DNA of 64,000 nt from NCBI GenBank assembly GCA_012295275.1, contig CM022670.1:37386001-37450000 (forward strand). The letters are read 5' to 3'. Positions 43,301 to 57,596 of the stretch are shown here, one piece after another (within the stretch, counting starts at the first letter, position 1; every line of letters begins with the position of its first letter). The position numbers were made by a program, and so were the translations under genes. The notes below the pieces were generated by a model, which searched no databases, was not told the DNA's origin, and was given only the letters and a program-made list of their open reading frames with translations. The stretch is from Chrysomallon squamiferum. Its lineage: Eukaryota > Animalia > Mollusca.

Positions 43301-46300
43301 TTGAAATAATGAAGATATGGACATCTAACTATCCAGCTGAAATAATAATTACAAAGGTACCTTTTGCATTTCTTTTGTTGATCTTCCTTTTTAGAATCTC
43401 TTTTGTGTGATCTGCTGGTTGTCTGTTAAGCTGCTTTGATTCTGGTAGATTATTATTGTATTTTCTTGTTTCCAAAGTTTTTAGGGCTTTTCTATTAGAT
43501 GAATTTAAAACACTGTTCAATCAAAATTATTATAATACATTTAAAAAAAAAATGGCTAAAATTATTATTTTTTTTTTAGCATATTTTGTTTAAATGTTCA
43601 TAACAGTTGAATATGGAAAAGAAAACCAAAAAAACCCAAACAAGGACAACAACTCTTAAACCCTCCCCAACCTTTTTATTATCTAAACTATCTACATTTG
43701 CAGAACCCTAATTACAAAACTGCAGTTGTAGCATCTGTACAGAAAACTTATTTATTATTTGATTTTGCTTTTAACAACTGATAGAAGAGTAAATCACTCT
43801 TTTCAGTTCTCCATGATGCCGTTTTACCATTAAATGGTTTTAATATTGGGCTGGGTTTTTTTTTTTTTCACAATCCTAAGTTTTTTTTTTGGGGGGGGTT
43901 TGACTACAGCTATCATTTTATTAACTGCTGTACAGTTTATAAATATATTTCATACTTGTAATCATATTTAATTATGTGTCAATGAAATACCTTCTCTCTA
44001 CTTTAGGTTCTCTCTGTGAAGTACTATTTTTATCTGATACCAGTCTTGGTAAAAGGAAGAAGTACTGAGTCACCTGAACAAAAATATAAGAAATTACAAC
44101 AACAACAATAAAATAAGTAACAATAATAAAATAAAAAGCAATGACAATAATGTAGTAACAGACTAAAACCAATATAATTATTTTAAAGCATTTCACAGAT
44201 TTAGAAATAATTTCAAACTTTAAAAATATAGGAAACCCTACTCCAGAAATACAAAAATATAGATTTTAAAAAATAAATAAATGTGAAGTGAAAGCTATTT
44301 TTCAAACTTGCTATTTTACAAAGGGTAATTGAATAATTTTGTACATATATTACTGACAAAATTGGATTCTAATGTTAAGTAATTAAGGAATCCAGAAAAT
44401 TACATACTATGTTAGCCAGTGTAATGTGTTGTTCATCTAATTTATCCAAGAGAAGATAATCATCAAAAAATCCTAAAAGAATCTGAAAGTAAGTAAAGAA
44501 ATATATTGTTAAAGTTATAAGATTTTTCTAAAAATCTTAATATCTGTGTGATTAATGATTATCTCCCTTGACAAGATAGAAAAACATTATTAGGGTGCAG
44601 CTATCTGACATTACATTAAATCTAAAACATTAACATCACTTTTATATTAAAATGAAAGAATTGTATTAACAAAATATTTCAATATTTTCAAAAGTCTTAG
44701 TTTAAAGATCAAATTCAAATATGAAACTCAAAATAAAAAAAAGTACCTGACATACTCTCAGACATAGCCAAGATGGCTGAAGATGCCTTAGTACCAGCTG
44801 CAGTGTTTGTTCATCAAGACAAGATGCTGACAACAAAACAATATAAATAAATGAAAAAAAGAACCAACTGCAAATACCATGAAATGAATGTTTATTCATT
44901 TCAGTTCTGTGGCAATGTTTGAACATAAATTTTAAGAAATTACTGGATTCTTTTGAATGAATGTTGTTCCATTGTAATATACCAGTGTGTATATATTGAA
45001 TTTTCCTCTTTCTCTACAGTAAACAGACACAAAAGATTTAAAACTAATTTTACTGTTATTCACATATATGCTGTATAAAATACTATGAAATTGCAATACA
45101 TACCAGCAAGTTTTCTTGCAAATTCAAACACAAAAGCCATTCTTCGATCTCCTTCTGCCAAACCTGAAAATGAACCTCCATCAGCCAGATGACAGCACTG
45201 TGCTGCCATGGAAACCAAATTCAAAAGCAGCTCCAACAGATGTTGCTGATATATTAAGAAAGGAATGAATTTTAAAAAGAATCATTTAAGCTTCTAACTA
45301 AATAAGATAGTGTATTTCTATTTTACAAAAATCTGAAATGAATTAATTACCTTTTTTGCAAATGGTACGTTGAGTAACAGACATTCCTGAAGACGATCAA
45401 ATAAGTTGTGAGTGCGACAGTTGGGAGAAATATCCAAATGAGGTGACCATAAAACCTGAACCAGCATACATGACATCAGACTGCTTTTTGAAAAACCCAG
45501 CTGTGCAAAGCATTTGTGCCTAAAATAAATAATTTGGAATGAATGATTTTACTTTTTAAAAATGTATTATTTATAAACCAAACCTATAGGCTAAAACTAC
45601 ATGTAATTTTCAGTATCTTAACAGTAAGGATATTGATATAAAGCATTAAAACAGAATCAATTATTGATTTTTAGATTAGTAACGTATGTTTGTTTTTCAA
45701 AGGTTCTTGTAAGTATTTCTTGCTTATAGGAAGATGCCCATAAAATGTACTCTTCTGCTAATTCTTAAAAAAAAAAATGAACTCTTGGAACAGTTTTTCT
45801 AATTTAAAAGAAATATATGAACAGCTGCCAACAGTTTTTCTCTGATATCAGTTTTATACAAGCTGACCAAACACAAAATAAGCAATTATATGCACCTGAT
45901 ACCAAAATATGTCTTACAAATACTGTCAAAGGTTCATTAAATAAACAAAACAAAACAAAACAAAATAAAACAAAACAAAAAACAACCCATTGTGAACAAA
46001 TAATCATAAAAACAATAAATTAAGTAATATAATTACATTAACTTTGTTAAAATGACTGTAAATCTAATTCTTTAAAAAGTCTATGTCATTTATGAATCAA
46101 ATTAGTACTCAAGGTTTTAATAAAAAAAACAGCTTTGCATGTGTTCTGAACAGGATTCATTTTGTGACAGAGGTGATTATTTGATAAAGATATTTTCTCT
46201 GTTTGCTTAATTTGGATTTTAAAATCTGATTTTATTTTCATTTTTTTATTTTTACAAAATTAAATACTCCTGCCTCACTAATTCTGTGTCTTACACATAC

Positions 46301-49300
46301 TGAAATAGCAGATGGCTGAAATTCCATTCAAACATGGATGTGAAAAACTGCAGGAGCAGCTGGTATTTTTGACAAGTGTCCTCACAGTTAATCTCTGAAA
46401 TAGCATTGCTGAAAACAGTGAGAGAAAAAAAATATATATATATATATATATTATGTACATATTTTAATTGCATAATTCATTCTATTTACATTATACTACA
46501 GATAGGCAAAATTCCTATTAATGAAATAACTGTTTTTGGGTAATAATGAAAATTTATTAAGAACTTATTATTTCTTAATAAGCAACTCAGGCTTCTTGTT
46601 ATTGTTGTTTATATTTTTACCTGTCATCAGTTCTAATCAAATAAAGGTATCAGCATTACAGTATGTGATTTTACAAACTGTTTCATTATAATAGAGATTA
46701 TATATTTGTCACTAACAAGTGAAACTATCTGCCTCCAAGCATTTTGCCAAACTTTTTATTTTATATTCATATTTTATTAGTAGCAAATATTTGTCTTAAA
46801 TTTGGAAATATACAAATATTAAAGATCAGAGTGGTATTTCACAAAACTGCCTGAAAAAAAGAGAGATTAAAACTAGCTATCTTGAAACTGAAGCAACAAT
46901 AGCACAGCATTTTTTCTATTTATTTATTTAATTATTTAATTAAATATTTAAAAATGTGCATGCTATGCTGTTTGTGTTTTATTTAAAAAGGAAAAGACCT
47001 GATTATGTGGTTGATGTATTTCCACACTGCATCATTACAGCTGTCATCTTGTTTCTGGACCGAGGTCAGATAGACATTCTGCATCATTGCTGTTGTTGGT
47101 GGATGCATGTTCATTATGCTCATCAAGACACCAAATGCTTTCTGAGCAATGTGTGAGCTGTTTGCATTCTTTTGAAAAAAAAAAGCATTAATCAGTTTAT
47201 GTTCCTGATATAAAAAGAAGTTGCCACTACAATTTTTTATTTTCCTTTGACTAATAATACAAATAAAAAAGTTATTTATTAGAATATATGCATTCTTTTT
47301 AATTAATTTATATAAATATAAAACATTTAAAAATGTTCTGGAAATATTTAATGCTATACAAAACACATTAAAAAAAATGTTCTCAACTTTTTAGTTGAAA
47401 TGAATTTTTTTTTTTGAAATACAAAAAAATAGATAAAAAAATCACAGAAATCTAAATCAATTTTTTTGAGACAGACTGATATAATTTCTCTGAAATAGCA
47501 ACGCTGCAGAAAAAGTGTAGATCGAATACTCAAACATACATATGCAATTTATAGTAATACCTCCAGGATACTGGTAATTATAGCGTGAATTGTCCGAGGT
47601 TGTGGATATCTGCTCACTGTTAGCATTGACTGGGTTAAGTCAAGAGCAGTGAGTAAATTCTTCTCCTCCACACAAATATCAATGAGTGAGGCCAAAGAGT
47701 CTGGAAATTCAGATGGCAAGATATCTCCTCTAGTAAACTGAAAAAAAAATTTTTTTTAATAAAATTACATTTAGTTATAAACACAACTGTTTGTTTAGTA
47801 TAAAATTATAATTAAAAAAAAGAAGATAAAAATGGAAAAGAAAAACGAATTATTTATTTGTGATGTGTTTAACCAGCTTTATAGAACTCCAGTTGTATAT
47901 TATTTATCAAAGTTCTGAAAAGTGCAGAACCATACACTGTAAATTGTCAATCTGTTAGCTAAAAATCTTCATGTAGTTTTCTGAGCAAACAATTTTCTCA
48001 ATCACGTAAATTTGAACATGGATCAAATTAATAATAATAAAAATAAAGAAAGATAAATAATAAATGAATAGAAAGGAAAAGGAAGTAATGAAAGAATAAT
48101 TCAAATTAATAATAATAAAAACAAAGAAAGATAAATAATAAATGAATAGAAAGGAAAAGGAAGTAATGAAAGAAAAAAAATTAAATATTATGTATTAAAG
48201 GCATAGATGAGCTACTGGTTAGATGCTAAAATTATTTCAAAATGTGTTTAATAATAAATTAATAGGAAGTATACAATTTTATGTGTCACACAAAGAAAAA
48301 ATAAAATAAAAATACTGAAATTCTGATTCAGTTTAAAATGGATTGACAGAAATATTACCTGGTTTGGAGTCCATCTAACAAATGTATGTTTCCACAAATT
48401 TTCTGGATGATATTTCTAAAAATATAAATCGTCTAAATTGATAAAAACCTTTCAATTCACTTGAAAAAAAAAAAAAAAATTTTATGAGGGGAGGAGGGTA
48501 AAAGTTAGGCTGATTTCATGATACACAGTAATACCATAAATGTTAATATACCATAGAAATGTCTGAAAAGCAGTCTTACCAAGTCAAAACATTTTAAACA
48601 ATAGTTAATTCTTTTTTTATCCCTGAGAAAATATAATTAAACAAGTTGATTTTTTGTTGTTGTTTTTGTTTTTGACAAGAATATTTTATTATGTAATAAA
48701 AGGTCTAACATTTCAAATACTTCTTTAAGAACTAGAAATTGAAGTGTTACAGCCAGAAGTTAAGTTCATGTATATATATATATATCAGCATTTAAGACCT
48801 TTTGGCTCTAACACCTCAAAATGGAGGCCCAGTATTGGAAAGCGAAGATATATCAATCATGCTTAATATGATTATAACAATCACAATAATTTTACCTTAA
48901 TCCTTTTTATTTCTCTATTATCAGTTTTTGTCTCTTCAATTAATTTTCTTTTTGCAGAATGTTTTACTGTAGGCTGTGCTGGGGTTTCCCCTTCCTGAAG
49001 CTGAACCTTTTCATCAGATTTCTCACACTGAGGACTGCTAGTATTTGAAGCTGTGGGATTAAAAAAACACTTTAAAATAAGTAACCCAGCAAATTTATAA
49101 ATAGCTTTGTGCTGAGATTTTCCCTTTTGGAAACTTCAAAGCAAAACATAAACCAAACTGAATAAAAATTAAGAAAAAATTTTTATGATTAATTCTTAAA
49201 TTCAGTCGTGTAATAATGGCAACATTATTTCATGAAGAAAATGTAAATATTATCTAAACTGTAGCTATACTTATTTAGCTAATCTTTATAACTTAAAATA

Positions 49301-50684
49301 TGACAAATTATTTCCAGATAAAAGTTTTTAAACTGTTTTTTCCTTTGGAAACTGAAAACACTGCATATTTATCAAACAACAACAACAAAAAAGAACACCA
49401 TTATCTGTTAACAAAAACTTTCAAATTTTGTTGGCAATATTATCAGATCTTTTATTTCAAAAGACAAGAAACTTAATTATCACCTACTATTATTTATTTT
49501 GCTGATCTCCACATCAGATGTATTATTTTGAAAATTCAAAGAAATGTTTGGATGGAAAACATTAACAGACTGTTTTTTGATGGAAGAACAACAAGACACT
49601 GGAGTGAAAGCCAGTGAAATTTCTGAAGGATCGACCCTGTGTTCCTGTGAAAACTGTTTCAGGGAAGAATTTGGAGTGACAGAAAGACGTCTGCTTATGC
49701 GAAAGAAGTCCTCCAGCGATCTCTGAGATAACTGAGAATCTGAAGTAACCTTTTGTGTTATAGGAGTCTTTTCTGAATTATCTACATTGTCTGCATGTAT
49801 GGATTTAGTAGACTTCAGTGGAGTGTCTTTTACTGGTGAATTTGCTTCTGAAATGTCTTGAGATGTGAAAATGCTAGAAGAATCTTGGGAATAACTAAAT
49901 GACATTTCATCACCAAGTCCAGAAGATTTGCTAACCAGGTAATCCATGGGTTCAGCTGACATCTTAAAAAAAAATTAAATTAAAAAAATGCTGATAATAA
50001 AAAATGAATTAGATAATATAAACATTATAGTTTTTTATACCAAATTAAATAAAAAATGATTCACATTATTATTAATGAACTATAAATAAACACAACATAT
50101 AAGCAGAAATATACAAATAATTTGATTAACAATACCCCAGCACAAAAATAAAATTGCTAATGGGTGATACCATAAAAAAGAGGCATTACAAATTTCAGAA
50201 TTTTTTTATTATACTATAATGTATTTAGACTAATATGAGCATTAAAAAGAGGTTTTCTAACACACAACTAATTTTTTTTAATAAATATCCTTAAGTTTCA
50301 AACCTGCAGCAGATATGCAAGAATAAACTCAGGTTTCAGCAAAAGAATGCCGTAATCCATCAGTCCTTGTGCCATTAGAATATCTGCATACTTTCCCTCA
50401 GTGAAAATGTATGTTACTTTGTTTGCAACTTTCCCAGGATTTTTAACAGGAACTGACAAATTCTCCACTTCAGCACCACCAGAAATTAGAAGTCTTGTTT
50501 AAGAAAATAAAATAATAATAATAATAGTAATTTATTAATAATATAATATGCATTGGGCATGTATATCAGACACTAAAATGCTATTCTAAAATGACTTTTA
50601 TTTCATGTTTCTGGTGTGAGAATTAAAGTACACTTGTTTTTCAGGATTAGAAGACGCAGACTTGAATTTCAAATGCATTATTCT

Positions 50685-50726
<42 letters not shown>

Positions 50727-51999
50727 AGTGTGCATGTGCATGTGTGAATGGATTTATGTAAAATGTCTTGGTCAAAGCATTTTTTGTTCTGTTTCTAAAT
50801 TTAAGAAAAAAAAAAAATGTCAGTAATAAAATCAAAATTCAAAAATGTTTTCAAATTGGATTTAAAAAAAAGAAAAGAAAAAAGAAATCACCAACCTTTT
50901 GAAAATTATACTTTTACTACCAACCAGCACAGCCACTTTCCAGCCCTTAAATGCAAACTCTTTTGTTTTCTCAACTGTTTTTCTCCACCTTTTAGGAGCA
51001 ACCAACAGTGGAATGGGACAATCATGGGTACCATGTTCTGGGCACCATTCATAGGTTTCTTCATCAAGCCACACATTCTTAGCAAAACTTACTTCTATAT
51101 ATTTTGGTGTCAAAATCCATTTACCTGCGGGAAACAATAATTGTTGTTGAAGATAAATAAACAGCACTATTTCTGATCGTGAAAAGTAAGAAACAGAGGG
51201 CAAATTTCGTTTACGTTAAATCCTTAGAGACAGAAAATATAAAATAGTCTGTTGGGGTTTTTTTTAAAGAAAACATTCAAAAACTATAGTAACATATATA
51301 AATTTATTACAGCTGTAAGTAAGTGATACTTTATGCCTAAATATAAGATGTTTTTTAAAATATTAAAATGCACTTTGATAATACAAACATATTCTTCATT
51401 CTTCTGTGACATCTATTTTTTCATGTCCAGTCTTAATTAATAATGAAGCAATTAACTATATAAAATGCCATCTAAAAGTTAGAAAAATATTTCTATTTAT
51501 AAATGTGAAAATAAATTTAACTGAAAACTAATACATGCCTGTTGCTAATGCTCCCAGGAATTTTTCAGTTTTATAGAGTTTTCCACAAACAACATGTGTA
51601 CAGTTGCATCTAAAACTCTGTATTAAAAAAATAATAAAATAAAAAAAGTGAACAGTAACAACAGTAAAAAGGTGACAAAAGTAACACACTGATTTCTTTT
51701 TAGATTGTTTTCATTTTAAGAGACAACAGGGTGTTTATAAATGAGTATAGTATAGTTTCTTATTTGTATGAGTAAAAACAAAAAACAAGTATTGTAATGA
51801 CAAATAATGGTCTAAGTTCACTTTTTAATTAAAAAATGAAAGCGAAACATATTTAATTTTAAAACAAACAAACCTCAGAATCCATATAAATCCCACCCAA
51901 ACTCTGTATCTGCTTTGAAAGTTTCTTTCGTTCATTTTTATCAAATGATGATAAAAGAAATACTTTGTTGGTCTGTTTTCTTGTTCTCAGACCTTTCAT
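40380..51999 (-). CDS. SLF1: SMC5-SMC6 complex localization factor 1 (ANKRD32/BRCTx): tandem BRCT plus ankyrin repeats, 1154 aa
   Basis: 21 in-phase exons: 51999-51874, 51617-51539, 51124-50896, 50493-50304, 49962-49488, 49050-48896, 48415-48359, 47737-47561, 47168-46999, 46408-46301, 45519-45351, 45245-45104, 44826-44747, 44482-44408, 44073-43991, 43512-43361, 42878-42807, 42461-42327, 41957-41841, 41371-41207, 40888-40380. BRCT motif [31 protein letters not shown]; ankyrin motifs [40 protein letters not shown]. Confidence 0.92.
48023..48174. repeat. 78-bp tandem duplication in an SLF1 intron
   Basis: TCAAATTAATAATAATAAAAA(T/C)AAAGAAAGATAAATAATAAATGAATAGAAAGGAAAAGGAAGTAATGAAAGAA starts at 48023 and 48101. 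Confidence 0.9.
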
Positions 52000-53763
52000 G
52001 TCCTCAAGAATTGAAAATTCTTACTGAAAAATGTTTTATATAAAACAAAAATAAATAATACCTGTGAACACCTGTGTATAAAATGTGAATATAAACAAAG
52101 CTTACATATTCAACAACTAGTCATATGAACATCTACAGACATATCTGAAAGTTTTTAGGGTTGTTTTAACAATAAAATGAGAAAATAAAACACATAAAAT
52201 TAAATAATTTTGTATTTGTTTGTGGGTTGTAAGATAATTTCAGTGTTTTTTGGGGTCTTTTTTTTTTCTAACTCATTAACTTTTTTTGTAAAATTAATTT
52301 TGCTTATTTTATCACTATGTATCTATGTAACTATAACTATATCTACATGTATATGAGTTCAGATATAATACAATTTTATATTTCTTTATATTATTATTAT
52401 TATTATAAATAATATTTCAGAAGAATTTTCTTATTATATATTTATATAATGCTATTAAATCTCCATTGCAGTTTGTTTTAAAATTTAAAACAACCATTTC
52501 GAATCTAATCACATATATTTTATATAAATTAGTTTTATAATTTTATAAGAACAACAGCCAAAACAATAATAACTGAAATGGAAAATGACGAAACTGAGAA
52601 AACCAAAATTTGGTACTTCTTTCACTTTCGATTTGTTTTACTTTTTAAATATTTATTAATTCCACATTCACGATTAAGTGTTTTTAGACTGTTCTTGAAG
52701 TAACAAGTTATCTTTACTATCGTATATAAATAATTTCATTACTTATACCTATTCCATTTCCTTGGACACAAGTAATTCTGAAACCAAGATCACATCCGTC
52801 AGTCAAATTTATTTACCCTCAACAACATAATTTTCTCCCGCCATTCTGTGTCATAGTTTCCTTATCAGTTTGTGCACCTCATAATGTATTTATGGTAACG
52901 ACAGAAGATTCAGGAATATTTGTCTTCAGTGCGGGTGTGCGATCAAGAGAGGATCTGCCCAAGAGAGCAATAATTTGAGGGGGAAAAATAAGTTGAAATA
53001 GTTTTAAATCTATCCAACTAAGTAGAGAATGTCATGAAAGACGATGTCACTTTGTCAGGGTGTTAACACCTGAAACCATCGTTGGTAGACTGTCAGGTTT
53101 ATTCCATCCTCAAACGGAACAAAGCGATAAAACAAATATTTCTGACAGAATATAGCAAACTGTGGGTATGTCCAAGATTTTAGTACGACATGAAAACCCA
53201 AAACCAAAACCAGAAAGTTGACCTAATTTACGTAACCATCGGGAGATAATCCATTGTGTGAATCACTGAATGAAGTGGGATTTTGTTAATTTATCATTAG
53301 CACCACATAAAACTAATAAATGGAATTAACAGTTCAATGAAAGTGAAATGTAATATTCATAATTTTAACAAAATAATTTAACGATACCCTCCGACAAGTA
53401 TGTGCTTTTTATTATTTATATTATTCATATTATTAACTTACTGAAATCACGATATGGTGGTTCCAAAGTATTTATAATTGATTATATTAACGACAGAAAT
53501 AAAATTTAAAAAATAATAATAAATTGTTCCTATTAACCATTAATATTAAAACGCTTTAAGTTAACAAATATTGATTCAATCGTAAAAGAGACTGCATGAA
53601 CCATGATTTTTATATTATTATTTTTAACAACAGCCGAAACACAACGGCCTCCGACACTGTTCAGAGATTTTTTTTTTTTTTTTATTTATTTATTTATTTA
53701 TTTTTTTTGTATCTAAAAACGTTTATTATCTTAAGGTATCCCAATTTTCTAATTTAAATAATT

Positions 53764-53812
<49 letters not shown>

Positions 53813-53887
53813 CAAACAAAAAAAAACAATCTTCACTTTTTAACTGCATCTGGTTTATTTTCCAGATTCATGTAGTGTGTGTGTGTG

Positions 53888-53978
<91 letters not shown>

Positions 53979-56900
53979 CAAGGAATATGTATAACCAGGG
54001 TTTATATATAATCCCTGAAAGTTTAAGGTATTATGCAGCATTATACAATACCAGAAATTCAGGTAATTATTTTATACATTTCCACCTGATATTGTTTCAC
54101 CTATTATTGTTACATGGTATCACATACTTTTGATGGAATAATTTATAATAAATTTAAGGTCTAATGTAGCAAAGATTTTTTGTTCAACAGATCCCTTCTT
54201 GCAGGCATGCCTTCATTATTCATCAATATGCATGTTTATAAATTAGCTGAGATTACTGTGTCCCTTTTTAATCAAAGTAAAATTGTATTCTTTTACATGT
54301 TTATTATTCTTGACATTAAGTCAAAAAATATATTTTAAATTCATAGAAAAAATGATATTGTAATTAACAAATATACAACTTTCAATAATGTATCTAAAAA
54401 ATAATTTTCAAGAGAAAAATCATTTGTCAAGATGCTTTTAACCTTATAATCAGTGATGGACTAGGCAGGACTATTAAACATCTATGCTTTATATATTTTG
54501 TTATTTATAAAGTAAACTAACAGAAAAAAGAAAAGAAACACACACCTACCCACTAACAAATTTGCAATTTTATACATCTAGATATAAACACACAGAAACA
54601 TGGAACATTGTATATAAAAAAATGAACAGAAAAACCCAGTGTATATTAATAGTTTTATTAAAAATAGATATAAATTTGTTACACAAGAAAAAGAAAAAGG
54701 AGGTAATAACATGATTCTACTATTTTCAAAGCACTTTCTTGAAGATATTCTGTATTTATACAAATTTTACAATTATATTAAGCAGAGATTAACGCTGCAG
54801 CTAAAATTTAACAAAACAAAACAATAATATATATTTCTTTTTGCAAATGACAAACTAAGACATGATGCTATCCATGTTTGTTTTGGGTCTACACATTTAT
54901 TTCAACTCCTGATGCAGAATCTATGAAAAATACATAATTTTTGAAGTTATTTATAATACAATAAATTAATATTAATAAATACATGCTACAAATGTGGATT
55001 ACTGTGTTTAGCATTTGATAAATTTTCAATCTATTAAATGTCCCAAAAAACAATTTTAAATACACATTTTATGCAACTTTTCATTGCACTGATACATATA
55101 TAAAATAATTTTATTACATGAACCAACAAATCCAGGAAGTTAAAACAGCAATTATTACAATATGTTATGAGTGATTTACATGTCTTGCTTTGTGAATGTT
55201 GGGAACTCTGTTGTGTAAATGGTTGAAAATAAAAATGATTTTATGGTTCTTTGAAATTCAATTACCATTTCACACAGCTGCAAAACACTGAGTTTTATTA
55301 TTTTATTGAGTTTAAAAAAAAAAAAAAAAAAAAAATTAAGAATGGACAGATAACATACAGACAAAAAGATTTTAATGATAGGTCTAATTAAAAATGATAA
55401 ACTGTTAAACTTTATAAAAAAAAAAAAATAATAATAAAATTCAAATGACTGCTAACAAATTGGAGATTCATGAAAAGCTAAAATCTGACATCCCTATTCT
55501 TAAAATAAAATAACAATGATCATCAAATTATCAGATTTCCTGAAAAATTTCAGAGATCGTTGATATCTTCAAAGAAAAACATGTAGCTTACAAATTTTCA
55601 AAAACACTGATCAGAAAACCAAATCACATTATATGTGAAACAAAACCAAAAAAATCAAAACAAAAACCTGTTAAATACATTTACAACAGAAACAAATATT
55701 TCACTCATTTCTAACCTATTTGGTTTAATCTAGATGCAACTAAAATACCCAGACTACCAGTATTATTATTATTACTGGTGAAGCTGTTTTAAACAGAACA
55801 AACTAAACTAAATAATTACATATTGCTTCTATATACAAAAGGCAGCAAAACACTTTAACATGAACTTTGAGAGGGGGAAAATACTTATATTCATTTGTAA
55901 AATAATATGCTACAACATAATTTGATAAATAACAGGAACATGTGTTTTGTACCAGTTATTTTTTTAATAAAATTTATGCTGCAACACTTAACCATAATTG
56001 GGCATTATTAAATATAAATTTTTTAAAAGGCATTATCAATTCAGTGTTAAACAGGAAGTGCACCTTCTCTGCATGTTTTTTCACTCACAAAATTATGCCA
56101 TATAATCCAAAGAGATAGATTTATTAATGTTTCTGTCAGAAAGACAACATAAAATAATCAAGTCTTAAGAATAAAGATATTCATTATATTTAAAATAAAT
56201 AAATAAAATAAATAAATAACTTACATTGTTCAAACCTGAAAGTTGTTTCTAACGAAACAAAACTGCTTTAAAGTTTGATCATAAAGACAAATAAACTTTT
56301 ATTTTTATTCTTTTAAATTTTTTTTTTTTATAAATAAGTATAAATATCTATATACACTTCATTTTCATAGCAAAACAATCCAGTATTGACTGAAAACACT
56401 TCTATAGTGTATTTTTCATATAATTTAAACAAATTGTGCAATAGTAACAAAACTGTGCATTACCACAAAATACTAAACAGTACAAATATAAAAGGCAAAA
56501 TACCATCCGACTGTGTATCTGCATTACAATGCTATTGTACAGTGTAATGACACAGTAGGTGGTATCAACAAAAACATGATTAAATAACTGGCAAGACAAC
56601 TCAGATGGTTTAAAAGACAATAATATCTCAGTGTTGTCGGATATGGATTTAATTTATCATCCAATAAACAACAGTAACATTAAAAACAAAGGGAGCCTTG
56701 CACATTTCTTCTGCCAACAAATATTTTCTCATGTGTGAATTTTAACAGCAAAAGCTAATTTTTATTGAAAAATTGTTCTTGCTATTAGATGTATAACTTG
56801 AAAAATATTATGACAAAGTGTGTTTGTAAATGGTTGTATCAGTACTGACAAACACACATACATAACTATCTTGCTACATCTTCATATTACTATTGTTTAA

Positions 56901-57596
56901 AACAAAAATAAGAACAATTTTCATATTCCACAAGATTTGTAACTTGAATATTTAAGTGTAGTTTTTAATGTATGTAAAGTACAATAATGTAAAAGTAAAC
57001 CATTGTGATTTAAAATAAACTATGATTCTCAAACAAGCATACTATTAAAGATGAACTGTATAATAAATATTTAAAAACATTATTTTGTCGTTACTTGATA
57101 GAAGAAAAAATTATCGGCATCAAGTTAATATGATCATATTGTAAACACCAGTCAAGCAACAAGTTCTGATGCAACAGATGATTATTGTTTTACTAATACC
57201 TGTAAGGTTACAAGCAGGAATTACTATATAATCTAAGAATTTTTATATATTGTGCACACGTACTACTGGTTTAAACAAAGGGGTATTGCAAATGGCCACA
57301 ACACCACCACTGAAGAAGATACTGAATTATAGCCTTAAGCTGAATTAACAAAACAATTATATACCAAAAGGTACGAAGTACAGTATCAACAAGATTTAAA
57401 AAAAAAAAAAAAAAAAAAAAAACTGATGCAATAATTTTGCCATGAAGTAAACAGTGCTGTCTCTTTCTAACAAATAATAACAATTAAAATGACAAAAAGT
57501 TTTCTGTATAGCTAAACTAAAGGCTGTCAAAGAGAAAATGGAAATAAAAATATCTACAATGATCACACATGCTTTTCCCTGATATTTACAGTAACA

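Noticed and set aside
48896-49050. Apparent frameshift in SLF1 exon 6
   Set aside because: Recounting the A-run gives GCA AAA AGA AAA; the exon is open and in phase.
52886-52899. Degenerate X-box match GTATTTATGGTAAC near the SLF1 promoter
   Set aside because: Only the right half-site is strong; such matches are common in AT-rich DNA.
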